From assembly GCA_963798085.1 (NCBI GenBank), contig CAWCRS010000009.1:64001-128000 (forward strand): a stretch of 64,000 bases of DNA, read 5' to 3'. The stretch is from an uncultured Gemmatimonadales bacterium. Its GTDB lineage: Bacteria > Gemmatimonadota > Gemmatimonadetes > Longimicrobiales > RSA9. Positions 9,945 to 19,264 of the stretch are shown here, one piece after another. Numbering within the stretch: position 1 is the first letter of the stretch; each line of letters begins with the position of its first letter. The position numbers were made by a program, and so were the translations under genes. Below the pieces are notes generated by a model that did not search any database, was not told the origin of the DNA, and was given only the letters and a program-made list of their open reading frames with translations.

Positions 9945-10923
9945 ATGCAGAGGGTTCGAACACCCCTGCTTGTCGTCCTGGCGGCCATCGCTGGTTGCGC
10001 TCGAGGCGCGCCAGCAGCTTCCGGTCGCATTGTCCTCGCGGACCAGCGACGGTATCCCTGCTCGCTGGTGGTCGAGCCGACCGGTATCGCGCTGCGCAGC
10101 GACGTCAACGGTACGACACCCGACGCCGGCGCTTCGGCGGCGCGCGACAGCCGCGGGCGCTTCATTACGAGCACCTCAGCGGGCGGAACACTCGCCCTGT
10201 GGACGCCCGCGGGCGTGTTCGACCGGATGCTGGCGCGGCCCGGGCGCGGGCCAGGCGAACTCGTCGGCTACGTCAATGTTTTCGTTGCCGCGGGCGACAC
10301 CATCTACGCGCGCGACAACACGGCTCGGATCAGTGTGTTCGCTCCGGATGGCTCCTTCGTTCGTCGCTTTCCGGCGCGCTACGCGGGCGGAATGACTGGC
10401 AGCACGCTGTTTGGTTCGAATGGCGAGATCGTGTCTGCGGCAGCCAGCGCAGCGGCAGACTCTCGCGCCTGCTTCCACGTGTCCGATCATGAAGGGAACC
10501 ACATCCGGTCCTTCGGCCAGCTCGATACCGAGGACAGCGTCGCGTTCGCGGAAAGACTGCTGACTCTCGTGTCGGACCATTCACCGCGAGGCACCCTCTG
10601 GGTGGCCGTGAGGCGGGGTTCGCCGCGCGGCTACGAGCTGCAGGAGTGGTCCATCGCGGGAACGCGACTGCGGTCCATCCACCGCAACGCATCATGGTTC
10701 CCCATCCACGAGTGGCCCGCGCCATTGCGCGAGCGACCGGGCGGCACGGTGTTCGGCGTACACGTGGACAGCCTGGGCCGGCTTCTCGTGCACGCCACGG
10801 TGCCAAACGCACGCGTGGTTGCCACCGCGCGACGGTGAGGGCACGAAGCTCGAATACTTCGATCAGCACATCGAAGTGATCGACTGCCGGAGCCTCAACC
10901 GCCCGCCACGGCGGGCACGATAA
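9945..10923 (+). CDS. Beta-propeller-like lipoprotein, probable frameshift near 10812
   Basis: IAGC lipobox; GRGPGEL and ISVFAPDGSFVR blade motifs. The frame stops at 10838 but another frame continues ...EYFDQHIEVID to TAA 10923. Confidence 0.6.
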
Positions 10924-11170
10924 TCACTTCGTCGCCATCCGCCACGGTCACTGCGAACCCGCCCCGCAGACGCACATCCTCGTCGTTCAGGTAGTACACG
11001 ACGAACTCGTAGGGATTGCCCTGTGCGTCGCGCAGTCGCGGCGCCAGCGCGGGAAACCGGCTGGACACGTCGGCCACCGCTTCGCCCAGTGTTGCCCCCG
11101 CCGCCTGCAGCTCGCGCGCGCCACCCGCCAGCTCGGCCAGCACCTTCGGTAACTGTATGGTTATCGCCAT
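10895..11170 (-). CDS. MoaD/ThiS/CysO-like sulfur carrier protein
   Basis: 91 aa ubiquitin-like protein ending IVPAVAGG. Confidence 0.92.
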   Translation of the reverse strand: MAITIQLPKVLAELAGGARELQAAGATLGEAVADVSSRFPALAPRLRDAQGNPYEFVVYYLNDEDVRLRGGFAVTVADGDEVIIVPAVAGG

Positions 11171-11306
11171 CTGTCCGACTCCTCTCGTTGGTTCCGTTTC
11201 GCAAACGCCCTTCGTTGTTGCATAACGCTGTATTACAGTCCGGTGCGTCGGTTCCGGTCACAAATCAGGCGACGACGGGGCTTCATGATTCCGGCGCGCC
11301 GTGACG

Positions 11307-12703
11307 TCAGGCCGCTTCCGCCAGCGCCGCGACTTCGCGCAGACGGGGTGAAATAATGGGCGATTCCGGCAGCACGCTGGCCGGGACTTCCACGGTCTTG
11401 AGGCCGTTCCCCGTGATGCACAGAACGACATCGTCGTCCGGCCGGAAATGGCCGGCGGCAGCCAGGCGCAGGGCCGCGGCAACGGTGACACCACCCGCAG
11501 TTTCGGCGAACACGCCACACGTCTCGGCCAGCAGGCGGATCGCCGCGATCAGCTCCGCATCGCTCACGGCGGCCGCCCAGCCGCCGCTCTCGCGAATGGC
11601 GCGAATGGCGGTGGGTGCATCCGCGGGATTCCCGATAGCGAGCGAGCGCGCAATCGTGGCTGGAATGACGGGCTGTATGCGGCGCGGCGCCGCTCTCGAC
11701 CGCGCGCACGATCGGTGCGCAGCCTTCCGCCTGTGCGCCGAAGAGGCGCGGCAGCTCGCCTTCCGCGAGTGCAGCGTCGCGCACCTCGCCGAAGCCTTTC
11801 GCGAGTTTCGTGACCAGTGAGCCGCCGGCCATGGGTGCTACCACGGCACTCGGGAATCGCCAGCCGCACTGTTCGGCGATCTCGAACGCCATCGTCTTCG
11901 AGCCTTCGCCGTAGTAGCTGCGCAGATTCACATTCACGATGCCCCAGCCGAAGCGGTCGGCAACCTGTGCGCACAGCCGGTTCACATCGTCGTAGGTACC
12001 TCGCACCCGCACCAGGCGAGGCGCATACACGACCGGTGCCGATGATCTTGCCCGGCTCGAGGTCCGCGGGAATGAAGATCCAGGCGGTGAGGCCAGCGCG
12101 CGCGGCGTGCGCCGCGACCGCATTGGCGAGGTTGCCCGTCGATGCGCAGCCGATGGTGTCGAGGTGAAAACCCGCGGCGGCATTGATGGCGCTGGAGACG
12201 ACGCGATCCTTGAAGGAGAGCGATGGATGCGAGACCGCATCGTTCTTGATCCACGCGCTCGCCACGCCCAGTCTGGCCGCGAGTGCAGGCGCTTCCAGCA
12301 ACGGCGTGAAGCCGCTGTCCGGCGAGTGCAGCGGTGCGCCGTCGTAGGGCAGCCACTCGGCATAGCGCCAGAGTGAAGGCGGGCGGCGCGCGATTTCGTC
12401 GCGCCCGGGCAGCGTGCGCTGCGCATCATAGACGGGTTCGAGCGGACCCAGGCAGTGGGCGCAGATGGCGAGCGGCTCCGCGGCGAAGTGCGCGCCGCAC
12501 GCCTTGCAGGACAGCGGGTGAGGGACCGGGGGTATCGCCCCGCCTGTGCGCCCCGAGACGGCCACTCTGGTGGAACGATCCCTCGCCGGCTGGCAGCCGG
12601 GACGTTCACCGCCACCTCCCGCATCACTCGACCCTGTGAATGCGAGGGCAGCGGTGCCCGCCCCGGCAAATGCCGTCGTTGCTGCTGCGGTCTGCTGACT
12701 CAT
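11307..12703 (-). CDS. thrC: Threonine synthase-like PLP enzyme, split by frameshifts near 12030 and 11680
   Basis: CKACG/CAHC zinc ribbon, GFTPL, SFKDR (PLP Lys), ASTGNLA, EGSKTMAFEIAEQ, ITGNGLKT spread over three frames; ATG overlaps the panB stop. Confidence 0.85.
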
Positions 12704-13566
12704 GCGTTAGCTCCTGTGAGGCGAGCGAGGTGGATTTCCGCCTCGCACGCGGGATCAATGGCGTAGCAGTGTTCCGGACCCGGGAAGCGACCGGCGCGCA
12801 CGTCGTCCGCGTATTCGCGGAACGCGTTCTCGACCGTGCTGCCCAGATTGGCGTAGCGTTTGACGAATCGGGGTGCAATGTCGCCGACGAAGCTGCCCAG
12901 CAGATCGTGCGAGATGACGAGCTGCCCGTCGACATGCGGGCCGGCGCCAATGCCGTACAGCGGGATGCTGAGCCGTTCGCGCACGAGCGCCGCCGTCTCG
13001 GCGGGCACTGCTTCAATCAGCACCGCAAACGCGCCCGCATCCTCGAGCTGTTGCGCGGCATCAGCCAGGCGCCGTGCGGCAGCCAGAGACCGTCCCTGCA
13101 CGCGATAACCGCCGAGCTGGCCGAGGCTCTGCGGCGTGAGCCCGATGTGACCCATCACCGCAATGCCGGCATCCACCATGGCGCGCACACGCGGTACCAC
13201 CGCTTCGCCACCCTCGCACTTCACGGCATCGCAGCCGGCCTGACCCACGAAGGCGCCGGCACTGCGTACCGCCGTCTCATCCGATGGCTGATAGGAGAGA
13301 AATGGCAGGTCGCCGATCACGAAGGCCCGGCGCGCAGCGTGCGCAACGGCGCGTGCGAACACCAGCATCTCGGTCATCCCGATGCCGAGCGTGTTGGGCA
13401 GACCGAGCATGGTCATGGCCGCCGAGTCGCCGACCAGGAGCATGTCGACACCCGCACGGTCTGCGAATGCCGCGGTCGGATAGTCGTAGGCCGTGAGGAA
13501 AACGGCGCGTTCGCCTTTTGCCCGCTTGGCCGCGAGTGTCGCGACCGTCACCTTGCCGCCTGCCAT
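12700..13566 (-). CDS. panB: 3-methyl-2-oxobutanoate hydroxymethyltransferase
   Basis: LTAYDY, LVGDS, DLPFLSY, GHIGLTPQS, GIGAG, DGQLVISHD. Confidence 0.96.
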   Translation of the reverse strand: MAGGKVTVATLAAKRAKGERAVFLTAYDYPTAAFADRAGVDMLLVGDSAAMTMLGLPNTLGIGMTEMLVFARAVAHAARRAFVIGDLPFLSYQPSDETAVRSAGAFVGQAGCDAVKCEGGEAVVPRVRAMVDAGIAVMGHIGLTPQSLGQLGGYRVQGRSLAAARRLADAAQQLEDAGAFAVLIEAVPAETAALVRERLSIPLYGIGAGPHVDGQLVISHDLLGSFVGDIAPRFVKRYANLGSTVENAFREYADDVRAGRFPGPEHCYAIDPACEAEIHLARLTGANA

Positions 13567-13600
13567 GATTCACTCCCGCTCCGGCCGGAGCTGCATCCGT

Positions 13601-13644
13601 TGAAACGAGAACCGGCCGCCCGTCTTGCGCCGGGCGGCCGGTTC
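13601..13644 (-). terminator. Attenuator/terminator-like hairpin upstream of panB
   Basis: Perfect 14-bp stem (13609-13622 with 13631-13644), 8-nt loop, followed on the minus strand by UCGUUUC (weak U tract). Confidence 0.6.
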
Positions 13645-13663
13645 GTGGGTCCTGCGCTCGCAC

Positions 13664-13777
13664 TCAGCTGCGTCCAGCGCCATCCACTCTCCGGTCGCTC
13701 GGCGACACGGCGTGACACATGTACATGGTCATCGCCATGTACCTGTGTCCGAGAGTGAGCACCACCCGCCAGCTCAT
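13664..13777 (-). CDS. Putative Met/Cys-rich leader peptide (37 aa)
   Basis: MSWRVVLTLGHRYMAMTMYMCHAVSPSDRRVDGAGRS*; MAMTMYMC cluster; stop lies about 20 nt before the hairpin. Confidence 0.55.
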   Translation of the reverse strand: MSWRVVLTLGHRYMAMTMYMCHAVSPSDRRVDGAGRS

Positions 13778-13795
13778 GCGCGATCTCGATCCCCC

Positions 13796-13829
13796 AAAAC
13801 AAAAAAAGCCCGCGAGCGCAGCCGCGGGC
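13796..13829 (-). terminator. Intrinsic terminator (riboswitch expression platform)
   Basis: GCCCGCG-N8-CGCGGGC followed by UUUUUUUGUUUU on the minus strand. Confidence 0.85.
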
Positions 13830-13887
13830 GGTCGCTTTTTAGCATTTGTTTAACGTGGCTGCAATATGCGGCAAATCGCCACGACCG
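13829..13887 (-). ncRNA. SAM-II (SAM-alpha) riboswitch aptamer
   Basis: Minus strand reads UCGUGGCGAUUUGCCGCAUAUUGCAGCCACGUUAAACAAAUGCUAAAAAG: P1 CGUGGC/GCCACG, GAUUU loop, UUGC and 3' GCUAAA, matching the SAM-II H-type pseudoknot consensus. Confidence 0.85.
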
Positions 13888-13903
13888 AATTGTTGTGAGC
13901 GGG

Positions 13904-13932
13904 ATGATGCAACGTCGCAGGCGCCGTGTCAA
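13904..13932 (-). promoter_or_regulatory. Sigma70-type promoter for the SAM-II leader
   Basis: TTGACA (13932-13927), 17-nt spacer, CATCAT (13909-13904); the -35 overlaps the stop of the upstream gene. Confidence 0.65.
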
Positions 13933-14573
13933 TGCCTTTGCTGCCGGGCCGTGTCCGGCAACGCCACGCTCGTGCCCGCACGCGTGTAGCCCCACGGGGG
14001 CGCGGGGCGCAGCGCCGCGCGCGCGAGGTCGAAATCCACCCGGAACTGCTCGGCGCCAGCCGAACGCACAGCGTACGTCAGCCGCGTGTGCGGCACCAGC
14101 TCGAGCGTCCACAACGTGGAAGCCGCCGACGGAACCTCGTGCACGGTGTGCTCATCGGCGCGGAATTCCTGGCGTGACTTCGTGCCCTCGTTCCACGTCT
14201 CACCGCCATAACCGCTGTACTCGGTGGGGCTGCCATCGCGAGCGTGCAGCTGGTGCTTCAGCGTGAGCCCGCTGCCGGACGCGGCCACCACCCAGACGCG
14301 CGAACGATCCTCGCCCACATGGAAGGCGAGGCGCAGTTCGCGCGGGTAGCACTGCCACACCTCCAGCACCAGGGGCTGGCCGACTAACGCGCTGTCAGCG
14401 GGCGCTGCCTGTACCAGGCGACCCGGAAAGGCACGCCCGCACAGCGAGCGCAGCTGGTTCCAGAAAGCGCGCTGCACCGGGTTCGCCACTGCGGGAGGCC
14501 GGCCGCAGCCCGCGAGTACCGCCAGCAGGAAGCTCAGCGTCAGCAGCACGCCCCGGTCCCACCGTGAAGACAT
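13929..14573 (-). CDS. Hypothetical secreted lipoprotein
   Basis: LAVLAGC lipobox; FWNQLRSLCGRAF, HVGEDRSRVW, YGGET motifs. Confidence 0.75.
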   Translation of the reverse strand: MSSRWDRGVLLTLSFLLAVLAGCGRPPAVANPVQRAFWNQLRSLCGRAFPGRLVQAAPADSALVGQPLVLEVWQCYPRELRLAFHVGEDRSRVWVVAASGSGLTLKHQLHARDGSPTEYSGYGGETWNEGTKSRQEFRADEHTVHEVPSAASTLWTLELVPHTRLTYAVRSAGAEQFRVDFDLARAALRPAPPWGYTRAGTSVALPDTARQQRH

Positions 14574-14683
14574 CCCGCTCCCTGCATCTGAGGTCCGCGT
14601 AATTCCCGTCCGCCGCACAAGTTACCGGGCGAGGCACGGCAGGTCGATGGGGCCTTTGCGTTGCCCGGCGAGTCAGAGAATGC

Positions 14684-15342
14684 CCCGCACGACGCATGGG
14701 GTCGCACATGACCCGACAATCCGTACCTTGACGACAAAGGAAACACCCCCCGATGCGGATACTCATAGGCGAACGTCACGAACCATGCGCCGAAGGGCGT
14801 GCGGGTCGCAGCACAGGACCCAATGGCAAGGCGCGGGGTTCGCGGGTCTGGACCGGGACGGTGCTGGTGAGGCGCGATGATGGGCTTCCCGCAGCGACAC
14901 CCCCGCACACCGCCGCCGGCGGCCCGAACGACGAGAAGTCCTTAGAGACCTCAACCGTGTGTGTGCGTCCGGTGAGCCCCGTCACCCGACACATCAAGCC
15001 GAGCGCACACTCCCGGTCGCGGTGACTCTGAAGCGGCAGTCGCAGTCGCAGTAACGCCGACGAGCATCGCACACCTCACGGCGCCGGGACCAACACATCC
15101 CGGCGCCGCCCCTCCATCGCACCGCCGAGAGCGGAGAGCGCGCGGAAAACGTCCAGGGACGCAGCGCGCTGCGCGAGCTTTGCCGGGCCGCGGCAATAGC
15201 GCTCTAACGACACGTTACGCAGGGAGCGGCAGCCGGCAGCTCCGTGCGGTTCGGCTTCCCGGGTTCCGTTGAGACGGCTTCGGGAAGACGTGAACGCGGG
15301 TGGCACGAATAGGAGGTCAAGATCGACGCTGAATCGTGCCGC
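14684..15342 (+). ncRNA. Candidate large structured ncRNA (~660 nt), class unknown
   Basis: No credible ORF; many nested and long-range complementary segments with A-rich linkers on the + strand (see findings). Confidence 0.55.
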
Positions 15343-15522
15343 CGTGCAGTGCGCGCGCGACGCCGGCTGGTGGCGCGTCTTTCAACGGATCAACTGACCA
15401 GCGGATCAACGGATCACAGGCATCCGATCCAGCGCTCTCCACGCGCGGCCGCGCGTTCATGCACCTCCCGCCCTCCCCGGCGCCCTCCTCGCCCTCCGCG
15501 GTGAGGAGGGCGGACCGCGCGA

Positions 15523-18192
15523 CTAACGCAGGGTAAGGATGGGGTCGATGCGGAGGGCGCGGCGCGCGGGCAGCCAGGTGGCGGTGGCGGCCACCAGGAG
15601 CACGAGCAGGGCAACCGCGGCGAACGTCGCTGCGTCCGTTGCGGACACGCCCCAGAGCAGGCCGGACAGGAGTCGCGTTCCGGCCAGAGCGATCACCAGC
15701 CCGATCAGCACGCCCAGCACGGCGAGCGAGAGACCCTGGCGCAGGACCAGGCGCAGCACGTCGCCTCGACTCGCACCGAGCGCCATGCGCACGCCCAGCT
15801 CACGAGCCCGCTGTGACACGGTGTAGCTGAGTACGCCGTGTACGCCGATCAGCGCCAGCAGCAGAGCCACCAGCGCGAATGCGCCCAGCAGCCGCATGGT
15901 CGAGCGTTCGCGCGCGATCGAGCGCAATACCGTGGCATCGAGCGTGGCAATGTCGAACACCGCCAGTTCGGGGTCCGTCGCGCGCACCGCGGCCAGCACC
16001 TGCGGCGCCAGGCTCAACGGGTCCGCCAATGTGTGCACCAGAATGCTCGCGGAGTTGAAGGGCGCCTGCGGCAGCGCCAGGTAAATGGCGGGCGGTGCAC
16101 TGGCATCGAGGCCGTAGAAGTGCTCATTGCCCACCACACCCACGATTTCACGCGTTGCGCCCCAGAACGTCACGTGCTGACCCAGCGCCCGGCCATCCGG
16201 GAAGAAGCGACGTACGGCGGCCTGGTTCAGCAGCGCCACCTTCGGCGCCTGCGGCCCATCCCCTTCGCTCAGGTCGCGGCCGTCCAGCACCGGCACACGG
16301 AGCGTGCGCATGTAATTGGCTGTTACGGCGCGCACGGCGATCTCGGGCTGGGTCGCGACTTCGGCTTCGCGGCCCGCAATCACGAAACTGTTCGTGAAAC
16401 CCGCCGCCATTGGCGAATAGGCGGACAATGCCGCCGATTGCGCGCCCGGCAGACGCGCCAGCCGTTCCAGCAGATCGGCGTAGAAGCGCTGCTGCCGCGG
16501 CCAGTTCGGGTGGATGCGATAGTCACGCGGATAGCGTGAGTCCGGCAGCTGCACTTCCATGCGCAGCACGTGATCCGCGCGGAACCCCGGGTCCACGGCG
16601 CGCAACGCCGCCACCGTGCGCACCAGCAGCGCCGCGCCCATCACCAGGACCACCGACACGGCGACTTCGGCTACCACCAGCAGGCGGCGCGCGTGCTGCC
16701 TCGCCTGCCCCGGCAATGCGCCGCGATCCGATTCGGCCTTGAGGACCGCCTGCAGATTCAGGCGCCGGGCCTGCAGCGTGGGCAGCAGACCGAAGCCGAT
16801 GCCCACGAGCGCCGAGACCAGCGCGGCCACCGCGAGCACACGCACATCAATGCTCACCAGGTCCGCGCGCGGCATGTCCGCGGGCAACAGGGCGACGAGC
16901 CCGCGCAGGCCGACCCCCGCCAGCACCACACCCACCAGCGCGGAGGCCAGCGCCAGCACGAGTCCTTCCACGAGGAACTGCCGGGCCAGCCGGCCCCGGC
17001 CGGCGCCCAGGGTGGCGCGCACCGCCACTTCGCGGGCGCGCGCCACGCCCCTCGCCAGCAGCAGGTTCGCGACATTGGCACAGGCGATCAGCAGCAGCAG
17101 CCCGACACCGCCCAGCAGCACCAGCAGCGCCGGGCGGGAGCGCGCGAAGACCACGTCCAGCAGCGGCTCCACGAATACGCCGCGGCCGGCGTTGCTGCGC
17201 GCGTACTCCTGCTCCAGCCGGGCCGCCACGCCCGCCATGTCCGACTGCGCCGCCGCCAGTGCCACGCCGGGTCGCAGCCTCCCTAACACCGTGATGGGAT
17301 GCGTGGCGCGCGGCAGCGACGAGGGCTGCAGCTGCGCCGGCTCCCAGATGCGCACGCCGGCATCCGGAAACTCGAGTTCCTGCGGCACCACGCCCACGAT
17401 GACGCTGGCGCTGTCGTCCACCAGCAGCTCGGTGCCGATCACCGACCGTTCGCCGCCCAGGCGCTCGCGCCAGAACCGCTCCGCAACCAGCACCACGCGG
17501 GGCGCGCCCGGCAGGTCATCGGCGGCCGTGAGATCGCGGCCCAGCAGCGGCTGCACACCCAGCACCTGCAGCAGCGCGTGCGAGACGTCGGCCACGTGCA
17601 CGCGCTCCGGATCACGACCGCGCTGCATCAGGTTGCGGTCCTGCGTGAGGAAGAAAGCCAGGTCCTGGAAGGAATGGCTGCGCTCGCGGAAGTCGTAATA
17701 GTCGGGCACTGACGACGGCTCACGCACCGTGCCCGAGACGCGATCGTTCTCCCAGACGATCACCAGACGCGAGGGATCGCGCCAGGGCAGGGGCCGCAAC
17801 AACACACCATTAACAACGCTGAAGATCGCGGCCGCGGCCGCCATGCCCAGACCCAGCGTCAGTACGGCCACCAGGGTGAAGCCGGGGGAGGCGCGCACCC
17901 GGCGCAGCGCGTAGCGCAGATCCTGGCGCAGCTCATCGGCTCGCAGCCGGCGGCGCCGCCGCCGCTCACGCTGTGCCGCCGCCGGCACCAGAGCGGCACG
18001 GGCCCGCGCCACGTCGCCGAACTCACGCAGCGCCTCGGCCCTCGCCTCCGCGGGTGTCCGCCCGCCCGCCTCCAGCTCGCGCGCCCGCGACTCCAAATGG
18101 AAGCTCACTTCTTCGTCGACATCGCGGGCCGCGTTCTCGCGCGGCGGTCGTGGCAGCCGCAGCCAGCGCCTGAGTCCATCGAAAGCGGGCAT
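15523..18192 (-). CDS. ADOP-type duplicated ABC permease (MacB/FtsX domains)
   Basis: EEVSFHLE prefix, LRQDLRYALR, ACANVANLLLAR, ELGVRMALGA, WLPARRALRIDP. Confidence 0.93.
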   Translation of the reverse strand: MPAFDGLRRWLRLPRPPRENAARDVDEEVSFHLESRARELEAGGRTPAEARAEALREFGDVARARAALVPAAAQRERRRRRRLRADELRQDLRYALRRVRASPGFTLVAVLTLGLGMAAAAAIFSVVNGVLLRPLPWRDPSRLVIVWENDRVSGTVREPSSVPDYYDFRERSHSFQDLAFFLTQDRNLMQRGRDPERVHVADVSHALLQVLGVQPLLGRDLTAADDLPGAPRVVLVAERFWRERLGGERSVIGTELLVDDSASVIVGVVPQELEFPDAGVRIWEPAQLQPSSLPRATHPITVLGRLRPGVALAAAQSDMAGVAARLEQEYARSNAGRGVFVEPLLDVVFARSRPALLVLLGGVGLLLLIACANVANLLLARGVARAREVAVRATLGAGRGRLARQFLVEGLVLALASALVGVVLAGVGLRGLVALLPADMPRADLVSIDVRVLAVAALVSALVGIGFGLLPTLQARRLNLQAVLKAESDRGALPGQARQHARRLLVVAEVAVSVVLVMGAALLVRTVAALRAVDPGFRADHVLRMEVQLPDSRYPRDYRIHPNWPRQQRFYADLLERLARLPGAQSAALSAYSPMAAGFTNSFVIAGREAEVATQPEIAVRAVTANYMRTLRVPVLDGRDLSEGDGPQAPKVALLNQAAVRRFFPDGRALGQHVTFWGATREIVGVVGNEHFYGLDASAPPAIYLALPQAPFNSASILVHTLADPLSLAPQVLAAVRATDPELAVFDIATLDATVLRSIARERSTMRLLGAFALVALLLALIGVHGVLSYTVSQRARELGVRMALGASRGDVLRLVLRQGLSLAVLGVLIGLVIALAGTRLLSGLLWGVSATDAATFAAVALLVLLVAATATWLPARRALRIDPILTLR

Positions 18193-18365
18193 GGTTACTC
18201 CCCGTAGAGTCTTAGGGGAACAACATGCACTGCCGCACGCAGAGCGTCAAGAAGGGCGCGGCCGATCGCGGGACGAAGTGGCGGACTGCGGGTGCGCGCC
18301 TCCCCAATCGCGGGCCGACGGGCGGGCTACTAGAATGCGCCGCGTACCCCTGCAAAGGAGCGGGC

Positions 18366-18767
18366 ATGGCGGAAGGAACGCGATTGTGGCAGCCGGTGGC
18401 GCTGCCGCCGGGACAGCCGCAGCCGGTGGGCGCCTATTCGCCGGTCGTGCGGGCGGGCGATTTCCTGTTCGTGTCGGGGCAGGTGCCGCGCGATCCGGTA
18501 TCGGGAGAGCTGCTGGGTGACAATGTGGCGTCGCAGACACGCGCCGTGGTGCGCAATGTGGCGCGTGTGCTCGGGTACGCGGGTGCGACGCTGGACGACA
18601 TCGTGTCGGTCAACGCGTATCTGGCGCGCATCGAGGACTGGGACACGTTCAACACGGTGTATCGTGAGGTCATGCATGCACCGTTTCCGGCGCGCACCAC
18701 GGTGGCACCGGGGCTGCACAACTGTCTGGTGGAGCTGACCGTGATCGCCTACCGGCCGGCAACATGA
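18366..18767 (+). CDS. RidA/YjgF family protein
   Basis: GAYSPVVRAGDFLFVSGQVP...FPARTTV...LVELTVIA. Confidence 0.92.
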   Translation: MAEGTRLWQPVALPPGQPQPVGAYSPVVRAGDFLFVSGQVPRDPVSGELLGDNVASQTRAVVRNVARVLGYAGATLDDIVSVNAYLARIEDWDTFNTVYREVMHAPFPARTTVAPGLHNCLVELTVIAYRPAT

Positions 18768-19138
18768 GCTACTTCTCGTTCGAGCATCGGCGCACGCCGC
18801 TGGCACCGCTGCCCGTGTTCCTGCGGCGGCTGGCAACCCATTTCATGCTGGCCACGACGGTGATCGGGGGCTCACTGCTGCTGGGGATGGTGGGCTACCA
18901 TCTGCTGGAGCGCGAGGACTGGGTGCAATCGTTTCTGGATGCGTCCATGCTGCTGGGCGGGGAAGGTCCGCTGACATCGCCGCGCACGGAGAGTGGCAAG
19001 ATCTTCGCCGGCGTGTACGCGCTCTATTCGGGGCTGGTGTTTCTGGCGTCCATCGGCATCGTCTTCGCGCCCCTGTTCCACCGTCTGCTGCACAAGCTGC
19101 ACATCGAGGAAACCGAAGACACGCGCACGAACGACTGA
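18764..19138 (+). CDS. Small 2-TM membrane protein resembling an ion-channel pore domain
   Basis: GMVGYHLLE..WVQSFLDASMLLGGEGP...GKIFAGVYALYSG; 4-nt overlap with the ridA gene. Confidence 0.75.
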   Translation: MSYFSFEHRRTPLAPLPVFLRRLATHFMLATTVIGGSLLLGMVGYHLLEREDWVQSFLDASMLLGGEGPLTSPRTESGKIFAGVYALYSGLVFLASIGIVFAPLFHRLLHKLHIEETEDTRTND

Positions 19139-19264
19139 GTCGCGCGCGGGATCAGCGGTGGCCGGGGGTGGCGGGACGTGCCCCGGCTGGCGGCGATTGC
19201 GGGTCCTGCGAGCATGGCGAGCGGCTCGCGCCACGCCCGCGCACGGACACGGTGTGGGGGCTGG

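Noticed and set aside
14960..15260. Group II intron (GTGCG start-like sequence; CGTGCGGTTC resembling the 3' side of domain V)
   Set aside because: No proper domain V (no matching 5' strand or AC bulge), no domain VI end, no RT ORF and no interrupted gene.
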